A stretch of 64,000 nt of DNA from Promethearchaeota archaeon (GTDB lineage: Archaea; Asgardarchaeota; Lokiarchaeia; Sigyniarchaeales; SOKP01). A program made the position numbers and the translations under genes. Below are positions 48,681-58,357 of the stretch, piece after piece (position 1 is the first letter of the stretch; each line of letters begins with the position of its first letter). The notes beneath the pieces are model-generated. The model saw only the letters and a list, made by a program, of their open reading frames with translations, ran no database searches and was not told where the DNA came from. The stretch covers positions 160,001 to 224,000 of the forward strand of contig JBHLOY010000003.1 in assembly GCA_048939995.1 (NCBI GenBank), in the 5' to 3' direction.

Positions 48681-49361
48681 ATGTCAAAAAAAGTATCTAA
48701 ACCATTCCTTTTAGCTCTTGTAGTATTGGTTACAGCACTTCTTGGTTTAGGTTTATTTCTTTCCGCTGGAACTTTTCTTTGGCTTGAAGCATGGATTTAT
48801 TTATGCATCTTTTTTACTTTTTTTACAGTTTATATTTTTTATTTTAATAAAAATGATCCCGAAATGCTTCAGAAAAGAGCAAAACCAAAGTTCGAAAAAA
48901 CATGGGATAAAATAGTTGTGCTTCTTATGTTTTTTGGATTTTTTCCAACCTTTATATTACCCGGTTTTGAAAGAAGGTTTATCTGGTCAAATGTTACATT
49001 AATCGTTGAAATTATTGGATTTATTGGAATGTCATTAGGATTGATAATTATATTCCTCGTCATGAAAGAAAACACCTTTTTATCGAAAACTGTAGAGATT
49101 CAAAAAGATCGTGGTCATAAAGTAATTACTACTGGACCTTATAGAATTGTGCGCCATCCTATGTATCTAGGGTTTATTTTATTTATTTTGTTTTATTGTT
49201 TAGCGGTTGGTTCTCTTTATTCGCTTATTCCAGCTGGTCTTGGCACTATCGGTATATTGATACGTACAATTTTAGAAGATCGCCTATTGCATAAAGAACT
49301 TGAAGGATACAATGAATATGCCCAGAAGGTCAAGAAAAAATTAATTCCATTAATATGGTAA
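48681..49361 (+). CDS. Isoprenylcysteine carboxyl methyltransferase (ICMT/Ste14/PEMT) family membrane protein
   Basis: EN.F.S..V.IQ, H.VITTGPY.IVRHPMY.G, ED..L..EL.GY.EY and LIP.IW. Confidence 0.9.
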   Translation: MSKKVSKPFLLALVVLVTALLGLGLFLSAGTFLWLEAWIYLCIFFTFFTVYIFYFNKNDPEMLQKRAKPKFEKTWDKIVVLLMFFGFFPTFILPGFERRFIWSNVTLIVEIIGFIGMSLGLIIIFLVMKENTFLSKTVEIQKDRGHKVITTGPYRIVRHPMYLGFILFILFYCLAVGSLYSLIPAGLGTIGILIRTILEDRLLHKELEGYNEYAQKVKKKLIPLIW

Positions 49362-49469
49362 GGAATCAATTTTGAACTAGAAATGACCATTATCTAAATA
49401 ATATTAAATTTTTTATAATGGTGCTAAATGTCTTAAATAATTGGATGAAAATAATTAATTAACAAATAA

Positions 49470-50324
49470 ATGCAATTTTTATTAGCACTGTCCTATTTTG
49501 ATCGAAAAATGGGACCTTGTGTATTTTATTCATATCCAGAGCATAAATTGAAAGAAGAAAATGCTTCAATCATTGCTAATTTAATGGACCAAATGATCTC
49601 AGAAGGATTCTTTACTCATTCATTTAATTCATTCTATACAATAAATTACTATTTTGAAATTGATTCAGAATGGGCTAGGGGAAAAAAAGAGTTCTTAATG
49701 ATATCAATAATATTTAAGCAACCAGTTTCTATTGAGACTGAGAAGGCATTATTTACTCTTTGTATTGAATTTATAGAATGGTTAAAAGCAAAAAAAGATA
49801 TTTTTAGTGCCTTTTATTTTAACACTGAGATAGATAATCAAAAGTATCATAATGATATCGAATATAATTTTAAGTTAATCATTGATTGGGTTCAAGAATT
49901 TAGTTTTGCAATAGAAGATGAGATTCAGAATAACCTAAAAGAGTTTAATATCTCTTCATTATTGGAGAAGCAAGAAGTTTTAGAAACTCTTAAGCTTTTA
50001 TCTGAGAAACCTTTACCAATAAGAGAATTGAAGACGTGGTATAATAAGGATTTTCCTCATAATAATTTTAACCAGCTTATTACTACATTGTTTAAGTGTT
50101 ACATTGTTTATATTCCAAAGATAGGAGGAAGGAAAGAAGCCCCTTTTAACGTTCATTTGACAAAAGAATTTAAAACTATAATTAAGCTAGTTGTTCTAAA
50201 AAACAAGCTTATTAAGGAATTTATAAAAAGCCATTTGTCAAAAGCTATACAAGATTTAGAAAAAAATTCCAAAGAATTTCATAAGTTTTTAGAAAGAGTA
50301 TTTTCTGAAAAACAGGTAATATAG
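49470..50324 (+). CDS. Longin/uDENN-like domain protein with C-terminal winged helix
   Basis: LSYFD.KMGP.V..SYP start, Y.FEI.S.WARG..E...ISII; helical/WH-like C-terminus. Confidence 0.6.
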   Translation: MQFLLALSYFDRKMGPCVFYSYPEHKLKEENASIIANLMDQMISEGFFTHSFNSFYTINYYFEIDSEWARGKKEFLMISIIFKQPVSIETEKALFTLCIEFIEWLKAKKDIFSAFYFNTEIDNQKYHNDIEYNFKLIIDWVQEFSFAIEDEIQNNLKEFNISSLLEKQEVLETLKLLSEKPLPIRELKTWYNKDFPHNNFNQLITTLFKCYIVYIPKIGGRKEAPFNVHLTKEFKTIIKLVVLKNKLIKEFIKSHLSKAIQDLEKNSKEFHKFLERVFSEKQVI

Positions 50325-50325
50325 C

Positions 50326-51474
50326 TTAATAAAATGGATTATGAAACCTCTTCGTATCTCGTTTTTCTATGGTTTTTTGCCTGATTTCTTTATTGATTAA
50401 ACCTTCAATATGACACAAATATTCATATTCATCTGCTAAACATAACGTAATAGCAGTACCACGCTTATTCATGCGTGAAGTTCTTCCAATTCGATGTATA
50501 TATACATCAGGGTACTTAGGAACGTCATAATTGATTATGTGAGTAATATTTTCAATATCTAATCCTCTAGCAGCCACATCTGTTGCTATTAACATATTAA
50601 TTTTATGTTCTCTAAATGATTTTAAAATTTTTTCACGTTTATGTTGTGTTAATCTTCCAGAAATCATATCAACGCGATATTTAAAATTATTTTTTGACTT
50701 TAACTTGCTGGCTAACCATGAAGCTGTTTTCTTAGTATTAACAAATACTAAGGTATGGTGAGGATTTTCAATTTTTAATATCTGTAAAAATGTACTAAAT
50801 TTTTCTTCAAAACGATCTATTAAATAGTAATATTGCTTAGTATTACCAACCGTTAGGTCATCTTTACTAAGATTTATGAATTTAAAATCATTTTTTGAAT
50901 GCTTTTTTACCAATTTTCTAATCTGTGAATAAAGTGTTGCTGAAAAAAGCATAAATTGATATTCAGTTCTTATTTTGCTCAAAATATAGTTGACATCGGG
51001 GGCGAATCCCATATCAAATAGGCGATCAGCCTCATCAATTACAACAAATTTTATGTTGTTAAAATTTAATTTCTTTCTTTTGTAAATATCAATAAGTCTT
51101 CCTGGTGTTCCACATATAAAATTAACTCCCTTTTCTAGATCCTCAATTTGGCGATCTATTGATACTCCCCCATAAATTGTTGTAGATTTAATGGTATGAT
51201 TTCCTAATTCTTTTAAGACTTGATCTACTTGTTTTGCAAGTTCTCTTGTCGGTTCTAAAATCAAAACTTCATTCGATTTGCCACTTAATTTTTCAATAAT
51301 TGGTAGTAAGAAAGCTAATGTTTTTCCACTTCCAGTTTTAGCTTGAACCATTGTATGGTATCCGCTTAATATTGCAGGAATAGCAGTTTTTTGTACTGGA
51401 GTTGGTCGAATTATTTCTAACCTTTGTAAAGCATTAATTAAAAACTCACTAATGCCCAATTCTTTAAAACTCAA
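50326..51474 (-). CDS. DEAD-box ATP-dependent RNA helicase
   Basis: PTPVQ, AKTGSGKT, PTRELA, TPGR, DEAD, SAT, ARGLD and HRIGRTSR. Confidence 0.96.
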   Translation of the reverse strand: MSFKELGISEFLINALQRLEIIRPTPVQKTAIPAILSGYHTMVQAKTGSGKTLAFLLPIIEKLSGKSNEVLILEPTRELAKQVDQVLKELGNHTIKSTTIYGGVSIDRQIEDLEKGVNFICGTPGRLIDIYKRKKLNFNNIKFVVIDEADRLFDMGFAPDVNYILSKIRTEYQFMLFSATLYSQIRKLVKKHSKNDFKFINLSKDDLTVGNTKQYYYLIDRFEEKFSTFLQILKIENPHHTLVFVNTKKTASWLASKLKSKNNFKYRVDMISGRLTQHKREKILKSFREHKINMLIATDVAARGLDIENITHIINYDVPKYPDVYIHRIGRTSRMNKRGTAITLCLADEYEYLCHIEGLINKEIRQKTIEKRDTKRFHNPFY

Positions 51475-51633
51475 TTTTAATATAACCTTAAAAATCTTCT
51501 TATTTCTCTCTCGTCAAATAATAAAAAGGTTGATAAAAGAAAAACCTTTGTAATTTACACTATTAAATTTATTTAAAATTAGAAATTTATAGAAAACACA
51601 TTTCTCTAATTATCTTATTTTTTATTAATAAAT

Positions 51634-53805
51634 TTAAATTTCAAATATCACTTGCTTTGTAAGAATATCTAACTTTTGGAGTTTTTTATTCATAAAAATC
51701 CTCACTTTTGACGAGCTAATTTTAGGATTATTAAAAAAAAGATCTTGAACAACAGTTTCATACTTTTTTCCCTTATTAGCTAATTTTCGATGAACTGGAT
51801 TTTCATTATTGTAAATTGGTATTGGAAATGAAAAAGGTCTTTTATGGATATGGCGACTGGATTTGATTAATCTTATATTCTTACTGAGTATATTAGAATT
51901 AAGAATTGATGATAGAAAGTATGCTTCATTTGCCAAGTCAGTGGAAAGATAATAGTTTTCAGACCCTATTATTACATCTTTTTCTTGATTATCAAGGACT
52001 GCTGCCTTAATCATCGAACCGCTGGCATTATATACAACAATGAAACGTTTATTATGATATTGCTTTGAAAGTTTATTCCAATAATTAAGGTTTGAAAATA
52101 AAGTCTGAATTTTGCTTGTAGTTTTCTTCTTGTTTTGGTAAATTTCATTTAGCTCATTATATAGCTTAAACGCTTTGGGGTATCTTTTTAGATACAAGAC
52201 ATTAAATTCAAATTTTTCATCAATAGGTAAAAACACATTCCTTAGTTTCTTTATATAAAATGGAATTAAATCTATATTCAGAAAGCTTTGAAAACTAAAT
52301 CCTTTTTCTATTTCTCTATGTTCAAATTTAAAGAACCAATTTTTCTTAACTCGAGTTAAAATGTCTAGATCTGAGGATATTTCAAGAAATTTACTAGTTT
52401 CATGATCAATTTTAAAAAATACAAGACTTCTTGGAACTAAGGTAGCTCCTTGAAAAAATAAATTCTTGTATCCACTTACTGAAAGAGCATTTAGGTCTTT
52501 AATCTGTTTTTCAGGAAGTATTATTTTAGCACCATTTTTTTCTAGTTTAATAGTATCATATAACGCTGTTTCTTGGAGTTCCAAATTATCATTGAAAATT
52601 TTTGTAGGGATAGGATATTTATTTGAAATAGATTCTTCACTAAATCTCCCATTATATCGTGCTTTAAGACATATATGGTCGACATTAAAGAAATAGTTCT
52701 TTGGAAAATCCCAAATCTCTAAACTATCAAAAGTAGTAAACTTTCTGAACTTATAACAATGATCTCCGTTAAGCACACTTTTTGTAATTACAAAGAAGAT
52801 TTTTCCCCTTTTTTTTAAATATTCTCTTGGAATTGCATAAAAAAATATAGATGCTAATTCAATATGAGTAATGTATTGACTTGGAGGTTTTATACTTAAA
52901 GAATCAGCTAGCTCTCTAATTTTACGTTGGTAGGTCTTATTAAAAATATCTTTATATGTAAGCCATGGAGGATTTCCAATAACTAAGTCAAAAGAGTTCT
53001 TCAAATTATAGTTATTTTTTTCTGCTTGCATAGGGAAAAGTGTATCCATATAATTTAATGTAGGTCCCTTTAGTTTAGGTTCATTAGGGTTAAAAAAATC
53101 TAAGATAATTAGCTTGAGATTAACTTTAGCAGTCAATATAGCTATTGGATTAACATCAAATCCGTAAATATTGTTAATTGCATCAATCTTTTCATCATTT
53201 GGTTGCTTAGAATTTAATATTTTTAATAGGATCTCAATTAAAAATTTGCCTGAACCACATGAGGGATCTAAAACCTTTTTCCCTATTTCATAAAAATCTT
53301 CAACCATCATTCTCACTAAATTACTAGAAGTATAGAATTCTCCTAATCGATGTCTAGTTACAGGGATAATAATTTGTTGGTAAAGTTCATGAAATAAATC
53401 TTCATATGAAAAATCGACGTTATTTAAAATTTCATGTACCTTCTCAAATGTTGTATGAAACAATGAATTTAGATTAAAAACTTTAAATTCGTCAAAGTCA
53501 TCTTTCAACACTTCATAATAATGTTTCTGGGCATTTGGAACTTGTACCCCCCTCATTTTTTTTGTTAGAATTAGTCTTAGAATTTGAATATAATAGGAGT
53601 ATTTAATGAATAAATCATAACTAAGTTCAAGACCATTAACTTTCCGAAATAGAGTTTTAAAACCATTGAACTTCCCTTGTAATTTACTTCCTTTTCCAAC
53701 TTTTTTCTTTAAAAGGTTTTCAATTTCTTCTTTATAAATTTGGGAGTTTAATCCAAAAAATTTTACAATATAATCAGAATTTATTACTTTTTTATCCTCA
53801 ACCAT
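51634..53805 (-). CDS. Gamma-class N6-adenine DNA methyltransferase with target-recognition region (type IIG-like, no clear nuclease domain)
   Basis: GEFYT, LDPSCGSGKF, GFDVNP.A, GNPPW; C-terminal YFLSSILNS...HIHK...PIP. Confidence 0.85.
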   Translation of the reverse strand: MVEDKKVINSDYIVKFFGLNSQIYKEEIENLLKKKVGKGSKLQGKFNGFKTLFRKVNGLELSYDLFIKYSYYIQILRLILTKKMRGVQVPNAQKHYYEVLKDDFDEFKVFNLNSLFHTTFEKVHEILNNVDFSYEDLFHELYQQIIIPVTRHRLGEFYTSSNLVRMMVEDFYEIGKKVLDPSCGSGKFLIEILLKILNSKQPNDEKIDAINNIYGFDVNPIAILTAKVNLKLIILDFFNPNEPKLKGPTLNYMDTLFPMQAEKNNYNLKNSFDLVIGNPPWLTYKDIFNKTYQRKIRELADSLSIKPPSQYITHIELASIFFYAIPREYLKKRGKIFFVITKSVLNGDHCYKFRKFTTFDSLEIWDFPKNYFFNVDHICLKARYNGRFSEESISNKYPIPTKIFNDNLELQETALYDTIKLEKNGAKIILPEKQIKDLNALSVSGYKNLFFQGATLVPRSLVFFKIDHETSKFLEISSDLDILTRVKKNWFFKFEHREIEKGFSFQSFLNIDLIPFYIKKLRNVFLPIDEKFEFNVLYLKRYPKAFKLYNELNEIYQNKKKTTSKIQTLFSNLNYWNKLSKQYHNKRFIVVYNASGSMIKAAVLDNQEKDVIIGSENYYLSTDLANEAYFLSSILNSNILSKNIRLIKSSRHIHKRPFSFPIPIYNNENPVHRKLANKGKKYETVVQDLFFNNPKISSSKVRIFMNKKLQKLDILTKQVIFEI

Positions 53806-53933
53806 CCTTTATCAAATATCCAATCCCAATCGAAATTATCCTCAGAGCTAATCTCTACTTTTGATGTGAAATTTAATTCTATATCTTTAATCTGCTTAGT
53901 ATTTTCTTTTTCTTTATCTCTATTCTGATTCAT
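53784..53933 (-). CDS. Small ORF (49 aa) absent from the supplied track
   Basis: Manual translation MNQNRDKEKENTKQIKDIELNFTSKVEISSEDNFDWDWIFDKGWLRIKK*; starts 19 bp after the upstream stop and overlaps the methylase start by 22 bp. Confidence 0.55.
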   Translation of the reverse strand: MNQNRDKEKENTKQIKDIELNFTSKVEISSEDNFDWDWIFDKGWLRIKK

Positions 53934-53952
53934 CTTCGTTTTAACTTTTAAT

Positions 53953-54492
53953 TTAATTCCTCATAAAAGTTGGAAGCATCATACTAAAAATCTGAGCGAT
54001 ACTCCGTAATTTTGTAGTCTCCTTGATGATAGTTACAATTAATATTGATTTTTCTAATTCATCTTTATCCAAAGACCCTCCAGAGTATATAGCTTTTTCT
54101 GAATTAAATAATAATAAATATCTAACATTGGGGTTATTTATTATATTTATTCCCTCTGTTTGTTTTAAAGCATCATAAATTTCTTGGTAACCTTTTGGAA
54201 TCCCCCCCCTATCATTAGTAATTATTAAAACTGGAACTCCTCTTTTAGCTAGTCTTTTTAACTCAGTAGCATAAAACATGTCTACTTTTGGTGAAACTAT
54301 ATTTAATTGTGTTCCCGTGGAATTAATAAATTCAATTAATTCATCATTTAATCTATATTTTTTATTAGAACCGCCTGAAGATACTAAATTCATCATTCCT
54401 ACGAGAGATAATACCTTGCTTTCTAATTCTTGTACTTGTTTCTTAAGCTTCTGATTTTCAATCCGAAGCTCAGTAAGTCTATTTTCTGACAA
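53953..54492 (-). CDS. Coiled coil plus PLD/TrmB-like domain lacking the HKD motif
   Basis: LI.FINS....L.IVSP, L....KRGV.V.IIT, then VRYLLLFNSEKAIYSGGSL in place of HxKxxxxD...GSxN. Confidence 0.6.
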   Translation of the reverse strand: MSENRLTELRIENQKLKKQVQELESKVLSLVGMMNLVSSGGSNKKYRLNDELIEFINSTGTQLNIVSPKVDMFYATELKRLAKRGVPVLIITNDRGGIPKGYQEIYDALKQTEGINIINNPNVRYLLLFNSEKAIYSGGSLDKDELEKSILIVTIIKETTKLRSIAQIFSMMLPTFMRN

Positions 54493-54574
54493 AGTTAATT
54501 ATTAAAATATTTAATTTTTATATACTATTTAAAATACTAAATTTTTATAAATCTTTCTTAAAAGAAATTTGGCT

Positions 54575-57157
54575 TCAAATTAACTTTTTCCAAGGTTTTC
54601 CGAAAAGCACATAACTTGAAATAGCTAGAGAGCTTTGTAAGTCAATACTTACACTTCCTTGTGAATCGCTTATATCCTTAAACTTGCTTTCAACAAGCTT
54701 AGTTACTTTATTAGCCATACATGCTTGTCGAGCTTTTAAAAGAGCTATCCCTTGGTTCTCTTTATTAAATAAGTTTATATAAAAATTAGCGTTAATTTCT
54801 TTTGTCTCATCATCAAAAATAGGATAATTGCGTGTGACAATACCGGTAATCTTCTCATAATCAAACTGTTTTCCGACTTCTCCTAAAATATGTGGAGCAT
54901 TCCTAATTTTGTTCCCATTAATATCAAAAACTTGGGTATTGAAAAATAAAAACGGTTGAATATTTGTGTTATTTCTTCTTATCGAATCTTGGATTTCTTT
55001 TATTGTAAGTATTTGACTATCATTAGTAATAAAGAAACTATCATTTGGATTCCAAGGAGAATAAAAGAGATTTCCTACAAAATGAATAATATGATTTGGA
55101 ACATCCATAATATGTGATAAGATAGCTTTTTTTGTTGAGTTTATTCCCGTAAGTATGGTTATACTTTCGATTTCCTTTACCTCATTAAAGAACTCCGTAA
55201 TAAAGTTTAATTCATTAGCGCCAGAGACAAATGGAAAAATTAACTCTTTATTTTTCGTAGTTTCATTCCATTTAAAAGGTCCTTGAGTATTTATAGAGTC
55301 AATCAATAATATATGATATTTAATGGGTGGAGTGTTAATTTCATTCCCTCCTTTTATATCCTGTTCAAAAGTGACACCACCTAAAGGTGGTTCTCCAATT
55401 ACATACCCTATTGAATATTTCAATAGAAAGAAATTATTATCATAAACTAACTCGAAAGGAATAGTCATTTGATCCAATATAAAATAGATTTCTGGTATAA
55501 ATGTTAGAGTCTCGATCTCAAACTGCTTTAATAGTTTTCTTATTGGTTTGGGAAGAAAAATGAATAATAATTTTCCAAATTCCATAAGATTAAAGTCATA
55601 TTTCTTGACTTCATGATTAGAAAAGATATCATTATAAATTTCATTAATTTGAGTATCATTCCAATATTCATTTAAAACTTTTCCATTAATTACTTTTCCA
55701 TCTTTTGACATCATTCTGTAAGAGATTAGCCCTTCTTTATTAATTCTAAGAATTATTTGTTTAATTATGAATTGATCTAATTCGAAATGGAATGATTCCC
55801 CCTCAAATGAATAAATATTTTGTTGCAATAATTCCGTCTCATGATATAATACAGCAGGATCTAAGATCATAGATTTGAGGTTTTTATCTAAAAACGGAAT
55901 AATTTTACGAGCAAGATTATAATCTTCTTCTTCAAATAATGCGCGATAGAACATTGTGCGCCAGAAATCTCTAGGTTCCAACGAAAAAAACATAGAGTTA
56001 AATTGCCAGAGATAATTACATGTATAAAAATAATGAAAAATTTGTGAATTACTCTCGGGTATCTTTAAATGATTATTCAATTTTTCAAGAGATTGTAGGA
56101 GAAAACTTTTTTCTTTCATATCAACAAAATTTTTACAAGCCTCAACCCATAATTCAATTAAATTATTGTCGTATCCTAAATCTGTTTCAGCAATAAATAT
56201 ATCTTCAAGAAAGTCATAAATTTCGAAAGCTATTTCAAACCTATTCCGCGTAATAGCGAAATTTATGTAACTTCTGATATAGGTTATAGCATCAACGAAA
56301 GATTGAAACTTTTTGATCTTTTCAAAAAGAATCTTTACAATTACTAAGATCCAAGAGAACTCTCCAATATTATTCAAGTAATAGATTAACTCTTCAAGAT
56401 CTACCAAAATCTCTTTAAAATTTCTTTCATTTATTGATACTCTACTTAACTTACCGAACTCATCCTTTAAATATCCTGGAAGGCGATTAACTAAAATTTT
56501 AGTCATAATTTGTACAAAATCAGATGAGTCTTCCACCAAATTATACTTAGAATTTATATTTTCTAAAAAAATATACAAAAACAAGGCCCTTTTATTAGGT
56601 TCTAATTTAAATAGAGTTTTTCCTAATATTTCAGTACTAAAATGAAAAAATTCTTGAGGTATAACAGATTTTCTCAAATACATTAATAGAATCTGCAATT
56701 CAATTAATTTCTGATACTCCTGCTTCTCAATAACCTTTACACAAAAAGAATTTATATATTTGGTAATCCCTTGTTGGGATAAATCATCCATTTTAATGAA
56801 TGATTGAAGTAGTGCAGTTCCAAAATTATTAAAAATATAAAAATCATCTATTTTTGATAAAAATGAAAAGAATCGTTTATAGGCATCAACATATTTAATC
56901 ATATCGATATCTACTTTTCCTTCTTTTCTTTGAATCAAAGAATTAATGTACATCCACCAAGAATTTGATATAATCATCATTAATTGATGCTTTTTCTGAA
57001 TGTCTAGCCATTCAGTTTTTTCAACCTCAAAATAAAGATCAGTTAGCAGTCTATCTGCCCATCTATGGTTCCCAGATTGTAGCAAACGCCTACCTTGTAT
57101 TACTTTTTGTTGGAAATCCTCTAAAAAAGTGCTTTTTTTATTTAAGATAGTTGTCAT
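54575..57157 (-). CDS. Helical-repeat (TPR-like) protein with a degenerate C-terminal CHAT (caspase-fold) domain
   Basis: FG..LF..LP, LD...IPFEL.YD...FL..KY.IG, E...I, IIHFVGN, FFNTQ, F...FY..L, G.AL..AR and YVLFG.P. Confidence 0.72.
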   Translation of the reverse strand: MTTILNKKSTFLEDFQQKVIQGRRLLQSGNHRWADRLLTDLYFEVEKTEWLDIQKKHQLMMIISNSWWMYINSLIQRKEGKVDIDMIKYVDAYKRFFSFLSKIDDFYIFNNFGTALLQSFIKMDDLSQQGITKYINSFCVKVIEKQEYQKLIELQILLMYLRKSVIPQEFFHFSTEILGKTLFKLEPNKRALFLYIFLENINSKYNLVEDSSDFVQIMTKILVNRLPGYLKDEFGKLSRVSINERNFKEILVDLEELIYYLNNIGEFSWILVIVKILFEKIKKFQSFVDAITYIRSYINFAITRNRFEIAFEIYDFLEDIFIAETDLGYDNNLIELWVEACKNFVDMKEKSFLLQSLEKLNNHLKIPESNSQIFHYFYTCNYLWQFNSMFFSLEPRDFWRTMFYRALFEEEDYNLARKIIPFLDKNLKSMILDPAVLYHETELLQQNIYSFEGESFHFELDQFIIKQIILRINKEGLISYRMMSKDGKVINGKVLNEYWNDTQINEIYNDIFSNHEVKKYDFNLMEFGKLLFIFLPKPIRKLLKQFEIETLTFIPEIYFILDQMTIPFELVYDNNFFLLKYSIGYVIGEPPLGGVTFEQDIKGGNEINTPPIKYHILLIDSINTQGPFKWNETTKNKELIFPFVSGANELNFITEFFNEVKEIESITILTGINSTKKAILSHIMDVPNHIIHFVGNLFYSPWNPNDSFFITNDSQILTIKEIQDSIRRNNTNIQPFLFFNTQVFDINGNKIRNAPHILGEVGKQFDYEKITGIVTRNYPIFDDETKEINANFYINLFNKENQGIALLKARQACMANKVTKLVESKFKDISDSQGSVSIDLQSSLAISSYVLFGKPWKKLI

Positions 57158-57184
57158 AAACTTAAACTCTTTTTTATTTTGGTG

Positions 57185-58327
57185 CTATAAATTTGGGTTC
57201 TCAATCCAACCTTTATCTAACTTTTCTTTAGTATATAATATTGATGCACCTATCCATCCCATATTTTCTCTGCCAGAAGCCGCTATAACTTTAATTTTGT
57301 CTTTTATTTTCTCAGAGAAGTATTTTTGTAATTCAAATTGAATTCTCTTATCTAATCCAGTGATCAAACTTCCACCTCCTGATAAAATAATATTCCCCAA
57401 TAAATCTTCCCAATTTTCTCTTTCCCAGGTCTTAATTACTTTTGAAATGGATTCTGGAAGACCTATATAATCTACATGAGCAAGTTTTGGATTGAATAGG
57501 GGTTCAGATAATAGAAACCGTTCTAAATTTATTTTTAAATCAGATCCATCAGGAAGATCTATTACTCTATCATATTTCGTTACTCCCCCTTTCACTTTTT
57601 TTAGCTCTTCTTGAGGATTTAGCACACATAATGACAATTTTTCTTTAATTTCTTTTGCAATTGATTTATCAATATAGACATTTTTTGATGTGCCAATACG
57701 GGTTAAAATTAAATTCAAAAAGTAACTTGTCAAATCTTTACCGGCAATAGGAAAAACATCTCGGGCCATTATATTGGTGAAACCATGAAATATTGTAGAT
57801 ATATAAGTGTTAGATTCTCCCATACTCACAATAACCCCACTAGCTTTTTGAAGTGTGGAAAGAATAGCTTGACTTTCATGCAAAAAAAGGAGGTATGGAA
57901 ATTTTAATGAATTAAAAAATAAGTGTTGTAATTTCGATTTCTCTAAATCTGACATGAAAAAAGGAGATATGATAATTAAAGGGTGCTTAAATTGATCTTC
58001 TTTATTGATTTTTAGCTGTTTATAATAATGTAAAAAGAACTTAAGCAAAATGTTAAAATTGTGTTCTTTTTTAAATTCATGAATTTTTAGAATATTTTGA
58101 TATTTCAGTGCCTGGTGTCCTACCAAATGAGGTGTCTGATCATTCTGAAAAAATAATTCTTCTAGGCCCTCAATGACATCAGAAGAGAATAAATAATCAG
58201 AAACGTCAACATATACACTTGGAGCAATAATATCTGGAAAATCTTCACCTGCCCATCCTATTCTTGAATTTGCGGTCCCAATATCAAGGATTAAAGGATT
58301 AGTCTGATCTCTTAATTTCGATGCCAT
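57185..58327 (-). CDS. Actin-related protein (divergent Asgard actin/ARP)
   Basis: ILDIGT..SRIGWAGED.P....PS, AG.DLT.Y, EIKEKL, LPDG..L....ERF..SEPLFNP, NIILSGG.S...GL..RI..EL and WIGASIL. Confidence 0.92.
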   Translation of the reverse strand: MASKLRDQTNPLILDIGTANSRIGWAGEDFPDIIAPSVYVDVSDYLFSSDVIEGLEELFFQNDQTPHLVGHQALKYQNILKIHEFKKEHNFNILLKFFLHYYKQLKINKEDQFKHPLIIISPFFMSDLEKSKLQHLFFNSLKFPYLLFLHESQAILSTLQKASGVIVSMGESNTYISTIFHGFTNIMARDVFPIAGKDLTSYFLNLILTRIGTSKNVYIDKSIAKEIKEKLSLCVLNPQEELKKVKGGVTKYDRVIDLPDGSDLKINLERFLLSEPLFNPKLAHVDYIGLPESISKVIKTWERENWEDLLGNIILSGGGSLITGLDKRIQFELQKYFSEKIKDKIKVIAASGRENMGWIGASILYTKEKLDKGWIENPNL

Positions 58328-58357
58328 AAAAAATCTTCTTCTACATTAATTCCAAAT

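Noticed and set aside
48681-49361. ICMT-family gene as evidence for CaaX prenylation of the GTPase
   Set aside because: The family is widespread in prokaryotes, and the GTPase ends in IAGF with no CaaX motif
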